A stretch of 64,000 nt of DNA. It comes from Solirubrobacterales bacterium. Its GTDB lineage: Bacteria > Actinomycetota > Thermoleophilia > Solirubrobacterales > JBBDJG01. The notes under the pieces were generated by a model. The model was not told where the DNA came from. It ran no database searches and saw only the letters and a list, made by a program, of their open reading frames with translations. Position numbers and translations under genes: made by a program. How positions within the stretch are numbered: the first letter of the stretch is position 1; each line of letters begins with the position of its first letter. Of this stretch, positions 37,973 through 47,322 are shown in pieces. Where the stretch lies: positions 10,500-74,499 of the forward strand of contig JBBQNR010000001.1 in assembly GCA_038330145.1 (NCBI GenBank), in the 5' to 3' direction.

Positions 37973-39118
37973 ATGGGACTGCTCGACTACTACCGGGAGT
38001 ACGACGACATGGGGGAGAGCGAGTACAACGCTCTGCTGCGTGATCGGCGTGCGCGCGAGAAGGCGCTCGCGCTGCAGGAGGTGCCGCTGCTCGATCTCTC
38101 GGGCACCGAGTGGCCGGAGTTCCCGAGCGCCGACATCGTGCAGGCATCCGTGTACACGGCGCGTGGTCGCATCAACGGCTATCCGGACCAGCACGCGACG
38201 GCGGTGCGGCGAGCACTGGCCGAGCGCCACTACATCAAGGCCGATCAGATCGTGCTCGGCAACGGGGCCACCGAGCTGCTTCAGACGGCCGCCTACCTGC
38301 TGCTCTCGAGGGGGGACGAGCTGGTCACCCCCTGGCCGAGCTACTCGCTCTACCCGCTGATCGCTCTACGCGCCGGCGCCCGGCCGATGCCGGTCGACGT
38401 CTCGGCCGAGGGCGGCGACTCCGACGCGTTGCTCGCGGCCGTCGGCGAGCGAACCCGCGTGCTCGCGCTCTGCAATCCGAACGACCCGACCGGCACGTAC
38501 ATGGGCTCAGGCGCCGTGGGCGACCTGCTGTCGCGGCTGCCGGAGCACGTGCACGTGCTGCTCGACGAGGCCTACATCCAGTTCCAGGACGTGGAGGAGG
38601 AGGACTCGTGCCTGCGCCTGGTCGAGGCCTTCCCGCGCCTGCTGGTGTTCCGCACCTTCTCGAAGGCCTACGGGCTGTCCGGTCTGCGGGCGGGCTACGT
38701 GGTCGGCTCGCCCAGCGCGGCGTCGCTGCTGGGATCGCTGGCGCCGGTCCGCGGCGTCAATGCACTCACCCAGGCCGCAGTGGTGCAGACGCTGCGGGTG
38801 GGAGACGCCGACATCGACAAGCGGCGCCGGATGGTGGTCGAGCAGCGCGGGCGGCTGGTGGAGGGGCTGCGGGAGCTGCCCGTCGAGGCGGCGCCGTCAC
38901 AGACCAACTTCCTCTGGCTGCGTGCCCACGACATCGGAGGCAACGAGCTGGCCGATCGGCTCGAGCGGGCGCGCGTGCGCGTCGCGCCGGGCGGCCCGCT
39001 GGGCGACGACGATCACGTTCGCGCCGCGATCGGCAACGCCGCAGCGACGGAGCGCCTGCTGTGGGCGCTGAGGCAGGCCGTCGAGACAACGCCCGGCGGT
39101 GACGGCAGGGCGCAATAG
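37973..39118 (+). CDS. Class I/II aminotransferase, histidinol-phosphate aminotransferase-like
   Basis: YPD...LGNGATELL, NPNDPTG, and the FSKAYGLSGLRAGY PLP-lysine motif. Confidence 0.85.
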   Translation: MGLLDYYREYDDMGESEYNALLRDRRAREKALALQEVPLLDLSGTEWPEFPSADIVQASVYTARGRINGYPDQHATAVRRALAERHYIKADQIVLGNGATELLQTAAYLLLSRGDELVTPWPSYSLYPLIALRAGARPMPVDVSAEGGDSDALLAAVGERTRVLALCNPNDPTGTYMGSGAVGDLLSRLPEHVHVLLDEAYIQFQDVEEEDSCLRLVEAFPRLLVFRTFSKAYGLSGLRAGYVVGSPSAASLLGSLAPVRGVNALTQAAVVQTLRVGDADIDKRRRMVVEQRGRLVEGLRELPVEAAPSQTNFLWLRAHDIGGNELADRLERARVRVAPGGPLGDDDHVRAAIGNAAATERLLWALRQAVETTPGGDGRAQ

Positions 39119-39121
39119 CTC

Positions 39122-39532
39122 GTGTCGGAGAGCGAGGTGTCGGGGAACGTGGAGCTCGTGAGGCAGGCGTACGAGGGCTTCAACAGCGGAGGGGCGGAGG
39201 GCACGGTGCCCTACCTACACTCGGACGTGATCTGGGATGAGTCGAATCTGCCTGCCCGGTCGCCGGGTGTCTTTCATGGCCATGACGGCCTGCGTGCGCT
39301 CGAGCGTGACAACGCGGAGCTGTGGCGGGAGATCCACACGGAGATCGACGAGTTGGTCGACGTCGGCAACAGCGTCGTGGCCCTCGTGCGGGTGAAGGGG
39401 CGCGGCAGGTTCACCGGCGAGGCTGTGGAGCTTGCTATCGCGCAGGTCTGGGAGATATCCGGCGATCGTGTCGCGCGCGTGACGCTCTACCTCGATCGCC
39501 ACCAGGCGCTCGAGGTCGCGGGCGCACAGTAG
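39122..39532 (+). CDS. SnoaL-like / NTF2-fold protein
   Basis: 136 aa with the NTF2-like pattern NVELVRQAYEGFN...VWEISGDRVARVTLYLDRHQALEVAG. Paralogue of 43418..43831. Confidence 0.65.
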   Translation: MSESEVSGNVELVRQAYEGFNSGGAEGTVPYLHSDVIWDESNLPARSPGVFHGHDGLRALERDNAELWREIHTEIDELVDVGNSVVALVRVKGRGRFTGEAVELAIAQVWEISGDRVARVTLYLDRHQALEVAGAQ

Positions 39533-39603
39533 CGAGGACGGGCGGGCCGCGGTGCCGCCGCGGGCGGGTGGCGTCCGCCGCCAACTGAATACTTGCGTGG
39601 TCC

Positions 39604-40230
39604 ATGGCGCCCGGGAAGGCATCTGAGGAGAGCTCGAACGGACTCGGCGGGTTGCTGCTCGCGCCCGCCTCGCCCTGGAAGTGGGAGCTCGACGACAGCG
39701 GAAGGCCGAAGTGGATCCCCGCGCCGCTGGGCTCGAGCTGGGCGACGGTGTTCGAGTGGGACGTGGGCTTCGGCACGATCCTGAAGATGAGCATGCCGGC
39801 GTTCAATCGCAGCGCGCAGATGGGCAATGGCAACGGTGATGCCGCCGCCGCAAGACAGGCGGCGGGGCTGCGGGACCTCTACCGCTGCGACCACGACTAC
39901 ATCGTGCGCCACGTGCTGATGCCGGGCCAGCGCCGCACGGCAACGGACCGCAAGGCCGCCAAGCGCAGCATCCGGGAGGGCAGGGCGGTGCTCCACGAGC
40001 AGGGGGTGCTCCCGTGGGCCGTCTTCAAGCCCGAGATCGCGCTTCCGAAGCGCTGGTGGCGGAACGACGTCTTCCTCGTCGCACTGCGGGAATGGCAGGT
40101 GCAGCCGGTCTACGACATGGGGCAGAGCGTGATCGGCTGGGCCGCGCGCACGGCCGTGGCCGCTGCGGGCCAGGTTCAGACCCAGTTGCGCGATGCCCCG
40201 GTGAGGGTGCGCCGCGTCGTGCTGCGCTAG
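39604..40230 (+). CDS. Hypothetical protein (208 aa)
   Basis: Supported only by the intact ATG-initiated 208-aa frame in the ORF track. No recognisable motif. Confidence 0.5.
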   Translation: MAPGKASEESSNGLGGLLLAPASPWKWELDDSGRPKWIPAPLGSSWATVFEWDVGFGTILKMSMPAFNRSAQMGNGNGDAAAARQAAGLRDLYRCDHDYIVRHVLMPGQRRTATDRKAAKRSIREGRAVLHEQGVLPWAVFKPEIALPKRWWRNDVFLVALREWQVQPVYDMGQSVIGWAARTAVAAAGQVQTQLRDAPVRVRRVVLR

Positions 40231-40307
40231 CGCTACTCGCAACGGAGCAGCGTGTTTGAGCTGACGTCCGGCAGGTGGCTTGTCCTCTGTGCGCTGCCGG
40301 CGCGGAG

Positions 40308-42533
40308 ATGAGCAGCGGGCAGCAGGAGGGAGGTCGAGTGGAGTCGGGCAGTGGCCGCACACGGCGGTCGTTCCTCGCCAGGGGCGCGCTGCTGGCGCTG
40401 GGCGCCGCCGGCCCTCTCACGCGGCCCTTCGACGCCGCCCTTGCCGCCCCCGGTACGGGCGCGGAGGCGCCGGTCGCCGCGGCGGGAGGCCGCGCGCTTG
40501 CCAACTCCTCCGTCGTCCCCGGCCCGCCACTGCGGAATGCGGACTACTGGAAATTCGCCGGCTGGCTTCAACCCGCGATGGATCGCCTCTGGAACGAGGC
40601 CGACGGTGCGTACTCGACCGATACTCGCATCAACGCCTGTGCGCTGATGACGCACTCGATCGCTGCGCTCGAGGGTAACGACGGACGGGCGAGGCAGGAC
40701 GAACGCGCCAGGCGGCTGGCGGCGCGCCTGTGCGAGGCGCCACCGTTCAGGTCGGCGCGCAACGGCCGGCCCACGCGCCACACCGATCCACGCTCCGAGA
40801 GCCAGCGCCACGCTCCGGGCTGGGTGACGAACATCGCTCGCCCCGGGAGCCAGCAGCACATAACGGTCGATCCCAAGCTGGCGCGTTCGCTCTATTACGC
40901 CTGGCGTGCGCGCGCCGAGCTCAACCTGCCCGACGAGACGGTCGCCCGCATGGTCTCGCTGGTGCGATCGGTCGCCTTCTCGCCGTTCTTCCGCTATCCG
41001 AACATCCGCCTCAACCAGATCAACTTCGCGGCCGAGCTGCACGCCTGCGCGGCCAGCATGACCGGCGACTCGACGCTGCTGCGGCGGGACTACAGGCTCC
41101 AGCTCACCCGCTTCCTGAGAGGCGCCAAGCGTTCCACTTCGCCATGGCGCTACACCAACCTCGGGCCCAGCTACAGCTTCCACCGCAACCCGTTCCAGCG
41201 CCCGGGCTCACCCCAGAACATCGAGTCCAACGAGTACGCCAACATCGTGCTCGACGTCATCTACTACTACGACCAGGCCCGGCGAGCCGGGATGACGCCG
41301 CTGTCCGAGGGCCACGCTCGCACGCTGCGCGCCTGGGTGCAGCGTGCTCTGCCCGCTTACTGGACGCACAGCGGCTACCTCAACTGGGATACCGGCCTCT
41401 ACCTGTACCGCTGGCACCTGTCGCGTTACTGGGCCTGGGCGTGTCAGGGCCTGCTCGCGATCGCGACCTCGCAGAATTTCGTCGAGGACGAAGAGCGTCG
41501 CTGGGGAAAGCAGATCTTCGACCGCTCGCTGGCGCTGTACGAGCGCTACTGCAAGCGCTGGGACGATGACCGCCGCGAACCCGGCAGCAGTCTCTACGGC
41601 ATCACGACGAAGTTCAGCCAGGGACCGCACTTCGAGCTGGCGCGCTTTCAGGCGCTGGCGGCGGAGGCGGTGCTGCGCGGCCTCGGCGACAAGCCGGCGG
41701 AGGAGCCGCCGCCGCTGTATGCGTTCGATCCGCAGATCGGGCGGCTGACCGTCACCACGCCGAGCTACAACACCGCGATCATGGCGGTCAGCAACGGTGC
41801 CTTTCCCTACGGAGGAATCGAGCTGGCGCGACTTTACGACTCCCGGCAGCAGGTGGTGTCGCACATCGGCGGCCGCGCGCCTGCGGGAATGGGGATCGTG
41901 GTGCGATCCCCCGGGGGTGCCGAGGTGGCCGCATCGCAACGGCCGCGGACGGTGCTGCGACCGGGCCGGCGGCCGATCGTACTGACGCGCTCGCCGCGCG
42001 GGCCGATCCTGAAGGGAACGCGATACCCGCGCAGTCCTTACGCCGGCAAATTCAATGACCTCGAGACGAACGGGTTTGCACGCCGCGCGGGGATTGCGTT
42101 TCGAAACCGCTACCGCTTCCGCACCGATCGCATCGACGCCCACTGGACGGTCACCCGCTCGCGCACCGACGCGCTCTCGGCCGAGGCGCTGTTCCCGAGC
42201 TGGGGCGATGCCACGATCGAGGTCCACTTCCAGACCGGCGGGGTGGTGAAGCTGATGGCCGGAGCCCCTGTTCCGCACATCGATCCTGCGACGGTCCGCT
42301 ACTTCTTCGTCGACGGCAGCGAGGGCGGGTACGTGGTGGTGCCGCGGTCGGTTCCTGCCGGCTCGCAGGTGCGCCTGCTCAAGCCCTCGGAGCAGAGCTC
42401 GAACCCGCGACCGGGACCGAGCCTGGTGCTGCTGCTGGTACGGGCGACGCGCTGGAGCTCGGTCTCCCTCGACGTCACGATCGCGCCGGCCCGGGACACG
42501 GACGACGCGGCTGCGGTGGTGGGGCGGCTCTGA
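40308..42533 (+). CDS. Tat-secreted large hypothetical protein (741 aa), helical N-part plus beta-rich C-part
   Basis: Twin-arginine signal TRRSFLARGALLALGAAG. The W/Y-rich helical region (YWTHSGYLNWDTGLYLYRWHLSRYWAWACQGLL) is followed by beta-like segments. The layout resembles alpha/alpha-toroid plus beta-sandwich polysaccharide lyases/hydrolases; this is inference only. Confidence 0.65.
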   Translation: MSSGQQEGGRVESGSGRTRRSFLARGALLALGAAGPLTRPFDAALAAPGTGAEAPVAAAGGRALANSSVVPGPPLRNADYWKFAGWLQPAMDRLWNEADGAYSTDTRINACALMTHSIAALEGNDGRARQDERARRLAARLCEAPPFRSARNGRPTRHTDPRSESQRHAPGWVTNIARPGSQQHITVDPKLARSLYYAWRARAELNLPDETVARMVSLVRSVAFSPFFRYPNIRLNQINFAAELHACAASMTGDSTLLRRDYRLQLTRFLRGAKRSTSPWRYTNLGPSYSFHRNPFQRPGSPQNIESNEYANIVLDVIYYYDQARRAGMTPLSEGHARTLRAWVQRALPAYWTHSGYLNWDTGLYLYRWHLSRYWAWACQGLLAIATSQNFVEDEERRWGKQIFDRSLALYERYCKRWDDDRREPGSSLYGITTKFSQGPHFELARFQALAAEAVLRGLGDKPAEEPPPLYAFDPQIGRLTVTTPSYNTAIMAVSNGAFPYGGIELARLYDSRQQVVSHIGGRAPAGMGIVVRSPGGAEVAASQRPRTVLRPGRRPIVLTRSPRGPILKGTRYPRSPYAGKFNDLETNGFARRAGIAFRNRYRFRTDRIDAHWTVTRSRTDALSAEALFPSWGDATIEVHFQTGGVVKLMAGAPVPHIDPATVRYFFVDGSEGGYVVVPRSVPAGSQVRLLKPSEQSSNPRPGPSLVLLLVRATRWSSVSLDVTIAPARDTDDAAAVVGRL

Positions 42534-42551
42534 CGCGGTTAGGCTCGGGCG

Positions 42552-43415
42552 ATGGACCCGGCGCCTGAATCCACGTCGTCACCGCAGCGACCCGCAAGGA
42601 CGGGGGGGTCCGTGACCTTCGAGGCAGCACGATTGCTTCGGCGTTATCCGGAGGGCGTGATCGACGAAATGTCCCCTCGCGATCACATGTACAACTCCGA
42701 TCCGCCCAGCTATGCCGTCCTGGGCCAGACGGGTCTCGACATGATCAGGCTCGCCATGCTGGCCGCAGGGAAGGGGTTCGCCGACAGCATCCTCGACCTG
42801 CCGTCCGGGCACGGCCGCGTGATGAGGTATCTGAAGGCAGAGTTCCCGAAGGCGACGCTGACGGCCTGCGACATCGACCACGACGCCGTCGACTTCTGTG
42901 CCGACACCTTCGGCGCCACGCCGATCTACGGGCAGGCCAACCCGGCCGACCTGCACCTGCTCGAGGGCAACTTCGACCTGATCTGGTGTGGATCGCTGCT
43001 GAGCCACCTGGACGAGCCGCTGTGGGAGGGTTTCCTCGACGTCTTCGAGTCGGCCCTCGCCCCCGAGGGCCTGCTGCTGATAACGACCCAGGGACGGGAG
43101 ATCGCGGACCGGTTGCGCGACCCGGAGGTGAGGGACCTCTACATACGCAACGAGGACAGGCGGCAGCAGATACTGCGCGGCTTCGAGGAAACCGGGTTCG
43201 GCTACGCGGATTACGACTTCCCGGACGACTTTCGCAGCAACCTCTCACTACCCGTCAACTTCGGTATCGCGGTCGCCCAGCCGTCCCATGTCTGCTCGAT
43301 GCTCGAGCGCAGGCCGCGCCTTCGACTGATCTCGTACGTCGAGCAGGCCTGGGGTGGCCAGGACGTGATCGCCCTCCTGCATACGCGCCGCGCGGCGGGC
43401 GCCAGCGCTGGCTAG
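42552..43415 (+). CDS. Class I SAM-dependent methyltransferase
   Basis: Motif I ILDLPSGHGR followed by the acidic motif ACDID. Confidence 0.8.
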   Translation: MDPAPESTSSPQRPARTGGSVTFEAARLLRRYPEGVIDEMSPRDHMYNSDPPSYAVLGQTGLDMIRLAMLAAGKGFADSILDLPSGHGRVMRYLKAEFPKATLTACDIDHDAVDFCADTFGATPIYGQANPADLHLLEGNFDLIWCGSLLSHLDEPLWEGFLDVFESALAPEGLLLITTQGREIADRLRDPEVRDLYIRNEDRRQQILRGFEETGFGYADYDFPDDFRSNLSLPVNFGIAVAQPSHVCSMLERRPRLRLISYVEQAWGGQDVIALLHTRRAAGASAG

Positions 43416-43417
43416 CG

Positions 43418-43831
43418 ATGTCGAAGGGAGAATCGGATCTCGTACGGACCAACATCCAGGCCGCGCGTGGCGTGTATGACGGCTGGATCGACGGCGATGT
43501 GACACGGGCGCTCGAGTACCTCGATACAGAGGTCGTGTGGGAGGCGATCGCCGACGCCCCCGACGCGGGTACCTATCGCGGCCATGTAGGCGCCCGGCGC
43601 TACATGGAGGACTGGCTCAGAGACTTCGACATCAACGCGATGGACTTCGAGGAAGCCATCGATGTGGAAGACCGCCTCGTCATCGTGCAGCACGCGCGAA
43701 CGACGGGCAAAGGAAGCGGCGTCGAGACACGGCTGCACTACGCCGTCGCGTATTGGTTCCGCGACGACAGGATTGTCGAGATCAAGGAGTTCCGCACAAA
43801 GGCGGAAGCCCTCGAGGCCGCCGGCCGGTAG
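43418..43831 (+). CDS. SnoaL-like / NTF2-fold protein (paralogue of 39122..39532)
   Basis: ATG 43418 lies inside track ORF 42986..43831. NIQAARGVYDGW...YWFRDDRIVEIKEFRTKAEALEAAG has the same layout as the upstream paralogue. Confidence 0.65.
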   Translation: MSKGESDLVRTNIQAARGVYDGWIDGDVTRALEYLDTEVVWEAIADAPDAGTYRGHVGARRYMEDWLRDFDINAMDFEEAIDVEDRLVIVQHARTTGKGSGVETRLHYAVAYWFRDDRIVEIKEFRTKAEALEAAGR

Positions 43832-43883
43832 GGCAAACAAAAAGCGCCGCCCGGAGAAGGGTTGGAAACCCCGGAGCGGCGCA

Positions 43884-43957
43884 AGCGGATGATGGGACTC
43901 GAACCCACGACCTTCTGCATGGCAAGCAGACGCTCTAGCCAACTGAGCTACATCCGC
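43884..43957 (-). tRNA. tRNA-Gly (anticodon GCC)
   Basis: The reverse complement GCGGATGTAGCTCAGTTGGCTAGAGCGTCTGCTTGCCATGCAGAAGGTCGTGGGTTCGAGTCCCATCATCCGCT folds as a cloverleaf. Anticodon loop TTGCCAT, U73 discriminator, and no encoded CCA. Confidence 0.9.
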
Positions 43958-44095
43958 AGGAAGGGGCCAGTATAGCCCCGGTCTCAGCCGCCTCGCGACC
44001 CTTAGACGGATGGCCGAGCGCCGGATGATCTCGCGGCCCGGACGCTAATCTTGGGGCACCTGCCGGGGCGGCGCCGCCGTCTCCAGCTTGATCTC

Positions 44096-44167
44096 GGCGA
44101 CGTGGCGGAGTGGCTTACGCGGGGGCCTGCAAAGCCCTTTACACCGGTTCGATTCCGGTCGTCGCCT
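44096..44167 (+). tRNA. tRNA-Cys (anticodon GCA)
   Basis: GGCGACGTGGCGGAGTGGCTTACGCGGGGGCCTGCAAAGCCCTTTACACCGGTTCGATTCCGGTCGTCGCCT has acceptor GGCGACG/CGTCGCC, anticodon loop CTGCAAA and U73. Confidence 0.9.
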
Positions 44168-44461
44168 CTGGCTCCCGGGCCGCGTCCGCGTAGGCGCGCG
44201 TCGGGCTCCCGGGCCGATCTATCGACCGGTCCAGAACGGAACAGGGCCCCCAGATAGGGGGCCCCAGGTTTCCGAAAGAACGTGCCACCGGCGGCCTTTT
44301 GGGCCCGCCGACCCGTCAGTTCTTCAAGTGTGAGTCGAAAGTGACTCCACCGATGGCTAACACCAGTTCGGTCTACAAGTTGCATCGGCAGTGGTTGAGA
44401 TTCCGTTAAGTTTGGACGGCTGCCCCGCCAGACGCACCCCCGCCGAGGAAAGGGAGGATCC

Positions 44462-45457
44462 ATGAAGTACGTGATCACGGGAGGCTCCGGCTACATCGGA
44501 TCCCGCTTGGTAGAGCTACTCAGCGCTCGCGAGGACACCGAGCGCATCCTGATCACCGACATACGTCCGCCCGCCGTTCCGTGGCCCAAGACGAGCTACG
44601 TCGAGATGGACGTGCGCAACCGCGCGATGCACGCGCTGCTGGCGGCGGAGGAGCCGGATGCGCTCGTGCACCTGGCCTTCATCCTGAATCCGATCCACGA
44701 CGAGGCGACGATGTACGACATCGACGTCAACGGCACGCAGAACGTGCTCGACGCCGCCTCCGGCGCCGGAATCGAGCATCTGCTGGTCGCCTCCAGCACC
44801 ACCGCCTACGGCGCCTTCCCGGACAACCCCGTGCCGCTCACCGAGGAGCATCCGGTCAGGGGGATGCCGAACTACGAGTACGCACGCGACAAGACCGAGA
44901 TCGACCGCATGTGCCAGCTCTGGGCCGCTGAGCACCCGGACCGCCTGATGTCGATCTTCAGGCCCTGCATCGTGTTCGGCCCCAACGTCGACAACTACAT
45001 CGTGCGCTTCTGGGTCAACGCACCCTTCATCCCGTTGATCGACGGAGTCGACATGGACTTCCAGTACGTGCACGAGGAGGATGTCGTGGAGGCCGTCTCG
45101 CGCATGCTGCTGGAGCGCAAGGCCGGGATCTTCAATCTGACCGGCGACGGGGCGCTGAAGCTCTCCGAGAGCGCGGCGCTGCTGGGCCTCAAGACCCGCA
45201 AGGTTCCGTTCAGGCACTATCGCCGGCTCGCCTCGGCGTTGTGGAGGCTGCACGTGCCGCGCGCGGAGGCGCCGCCCGGGCAGCTCGACTTCTCGCGCTA
45301 TCCCTGGCTGGCGTCGAACGAGAAGGCGAAGGCCGAGCTCGACTGGCAGCCGCGAACCAGCCGCGAGACGTTTGAGGCGGCGATGCGAGCCAAGGGCAAG
45401 CTCGCGTCCAGCGCCGCCGGTGCGCCGGCACCGGATCTCGTGACGCCGGTGGCGTAG
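44462..45457 (+). CDS. NAD-dependent epimerase/dehydratase
   Basis: VITGGSGYIGSRL Rossmann motif and a YARDK catalytic YxxxK. GGGAGG upstream of the ATG. Confidence 0.85.
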   Translation: MKYVITGGSGYIGSRLVELLSAREDTERILITDIRPPAVPWPKTSYVEMDVRNRAMHALLAAEEPDALVHLAFILNPIHDEATMYDIDVNGTQNVLDAASGAGIEHLLVASSTTAYGAFPDNPVPLTEEHPVRGMPNYEYARDKTEIDRMCQLWAAEHPDRLMSIFRPCIVFGPNVDNYIVRFWVNAPFIPLIDGVDMDFQYVHEEDVVEAVSRMLLERKAGIFNLTGDGALKLSESAALLGLKTRKVPFRHYRRLASALWRLHVPRAEAPPGQLDFSRYPWLASNEKAKAELDWQPRTSRETFEAAMRAKGKLASSAAGAPAPDLVTPVA

Positions 45458-45477
45458 ACGCCGTCTACCGCTGACGT

Positions 45478-45506
45478 GCGAAGGGCCGGCATCGCCGGCC
45501 CTTCGC
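45478..45506. terminator. Bidirectional hairpin terminator between convergent genes
   Basis: gcgaagggccggc-atc-gccggcccttcgc forms a 13-bp perfect stem, followed by ttt. Confidence 0.6.
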
Positions 45507-45528
45507 TTTGGTCACGGATTCGTTTTCG

Positions 45529-47322
45529 CTACTTGCGCTCGGCTCTGAACGTCGCCTTCGTCTTGGTCGCCACACCGGTCACCGGCGTCTGCTTCACGGC
45601 GACGTTGAAGCTGCGGCTCCTGCCACGCCTCAGCAGGGAGAGCGAGCGGTTGCTGACGCGGATGGCACCCTCGCGCAGGCGCAGCGTCACCCTGCGGGCG
45701 CCACCGTTCGGCAGACCGGTCACCTTCAGCGTGCGCCGGTTCACGTACTCGAACGAGCCGCCACCCAGCGCGGCGACGCTGCCACTCGACTGGTTGAGCT
45801 TGCTGCGCACCAGCGACAGATTTCGGCTGAGCGTCACCGTCAGCTCCTTCATCTTCGGAGCGTCCGGATGCCTGCGCGTGGTCACGGTCAGCTTCGGCTT
45901 CGAGCCGGTCGGCCGGGAAAGGCCGCTGGTCACACCCGGCCCACAGGCGGCGACTGATACGTCCAGCTTGGCGTCGGCGGTCGCCTTGCCGTTCCAGCCG
46001 GTCAGCTTGGCGAACGCATTGACGGTGTTGAACTTAGACGTGGAGTCGCTGTTGAAGCAGAGGTCGTGGCGGTTCTGGAACACGCCGGTGGTCTTTCCGC
46101 CATTGAGGGCGACCGTCAGCTCCGAGACCGGCAGCTGGGGGCTGTCCGTCGTGAGCGACTGAATGATCTTGTTGTTCACGAGCTGAGTGCTGGTCTGGAT
46201 CTTCACGTGCGCCCGGCCGTAGAGGTCGAGCAGCAGTCCCGGCAACGAGCTCGAGCTCTGCTGGATCAGGTACACGGGGCCGGACAGCGGCGCGCTCAGG
46301 AACGGACTCGTCGCCGTCACGTTGCCGAAATGGGAGTTGGCGGGGCAGGCGTCGGAGTCCGCCTGCGCCTGTGTGCACAGCTTGTAGGCCGAGTTGTTCG
46401 TGTTCAGCTCCGACGGCAGCGTGATCTTCGTGAGCCTGATGTCCGCCTGGCCATTCGGTTGGGTGATCTTGACCACCACGGGGGGATAGCCGTTCAGCCT
46501 CGTGGTGCCGCGGTCGCCGACCTGGATCGAGACCGAGGGGGCGAACGCCTCCTGGTCGCATCCTGTGGTCGTGAACGAGTAGGGCGGGCCGTCCGTGAAC
46601 GCCTCGACCGCGTAGCTGTTGGCCTGTCCTGTGGAGGTGTTCGTCCCGCAGGACGTCGGGTTGCGGACGTAGCTGTTGGTCGCTCCGTTGAGCAGGAACG
46701 AGAGGCCGATGACCTGCGCGCCGCCGGGAAGCGGATTGATGTCGGAAAGCGTCCCGGTCAGCCCGTAGTCGGTCGCCCCACGCGGGGTGATCGTGAACGG
46801 GATCGAGGACACCAGCGTGGTCGCCAGCGGTGGCACCGGCGTCACAATCCCGAGGCGGCCGGGCTCGTTGCCGAGCGGAACGGCGTTGTAGACGATGCCG
46901 GCGAAGTTGCCCACCGCGTTGGTGTCGAGCCGGGAGGTGCCAATCACGCTGCCCGCGGGACAGGTCGAGCCGTAGTTGGGGGCCTGCAGATCGGCCTCAG
47001 GACACTTGGGGACCGACTCGGGGTTACCGAGCAGGCCCGGAGCGAAGTTCGTGATCGCGGTCTTGACGTCGTCGACGCCGGGGGTCGTATAGCCGAAGGT
47101 GCTGTAGGAGCCGGCGTTCGGGAACGCACCGGCCTGGAGGGTCGAGGGCCCGTCGGCCGGGACGCCGGCGGCGGGAAGGTCCGAGTTGATCTTGTAGCTC
47201 GTGATCGTGACGGCAGCTGTGCCGGTCGCGGGGATCAGGGCGCCTAAGAAAACGAGTGCGAGTGCGGATCCCAGGATCCGTCCCGCAAGTGGGCGCCGCC
47301 GGAAGCTCGGGTGCTGTGTCAC
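45529..47322 (-). CDS. Secreted hypothetical protein (597 aa), T/S/N/G-rich and beta-rich
   Basis: GTG 47322 is preceded by GGAGG at an 8-nt spacing. Signal peptide RRRPLAGRILGSALALVFLGALIPATGTAAV. Several Cys pairs occur. The upstream part of track ORF 45529..48033 crosses the tRNA-Val gene and is not coding. Confidence 0.7.
   Translation of the reverse strand: MTQHPSFRRRPLAGRILGSALALVFLGALIPATGTAAVTITSYKINSDLPAAGVPADGPSTLQAGAFPNAGSYSTFGYTTPGVDDVKTAITNFAPGLLGNPESVPKCPEADLQAPNYGSTCPAGSVIGTSRLDTNAVGNFAGIVYNAVPLGNEPGRLGIVTPVPPLATTLVSSIPFTITPRGATDYGLTGTLSDINPLPGGAQVIGLSFLLNGATNSYVRNPTSCGTNTSTGQANSYAVEAFTDGPPYSFTTTGCDQEAFAPSVSIQVGDRGTTRLNGYPPVVVKITQPNGQADIRLTKITLPSELNTNNSAYKLCTQAQADSDACPANSHFGNVTATSPFLSAPLSGPVYLIQQSSSSLPGLLLDLYGRAHVKIQTSTQLVNNKIIQSLTTDSPQLPVSELTVALNGGKTTGVFQNRHDLCFNSDSTSKFNTVNAFAKLTGWNGKATADAKLDVSVAACGPGVTSGLSRPTGSKPKLTVTTRRHPDAPKMKELTVTLSRNLSLVRSKLNQSSGSVAALGGGSFEYVNRRTLKVTGLPNGGARRVTLRLREGAIRVSNRSLSLLRRGRSRSFNVAVKQTPVTGVATKTKATFRAERK

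Noticed and set aside
43412-43942. 176-aa minus-strand ORF
   Set aside because: It overlaps tRNA-Gly and is antisense to the SnoaL-like gene. No coding signal of its own.
44002-44478. 158-aa minus-strand ORF across the tRNA-Cys region
   Set aside because: It spans a tRNA gene and GC hairpins, and no RBS or motif supports it.
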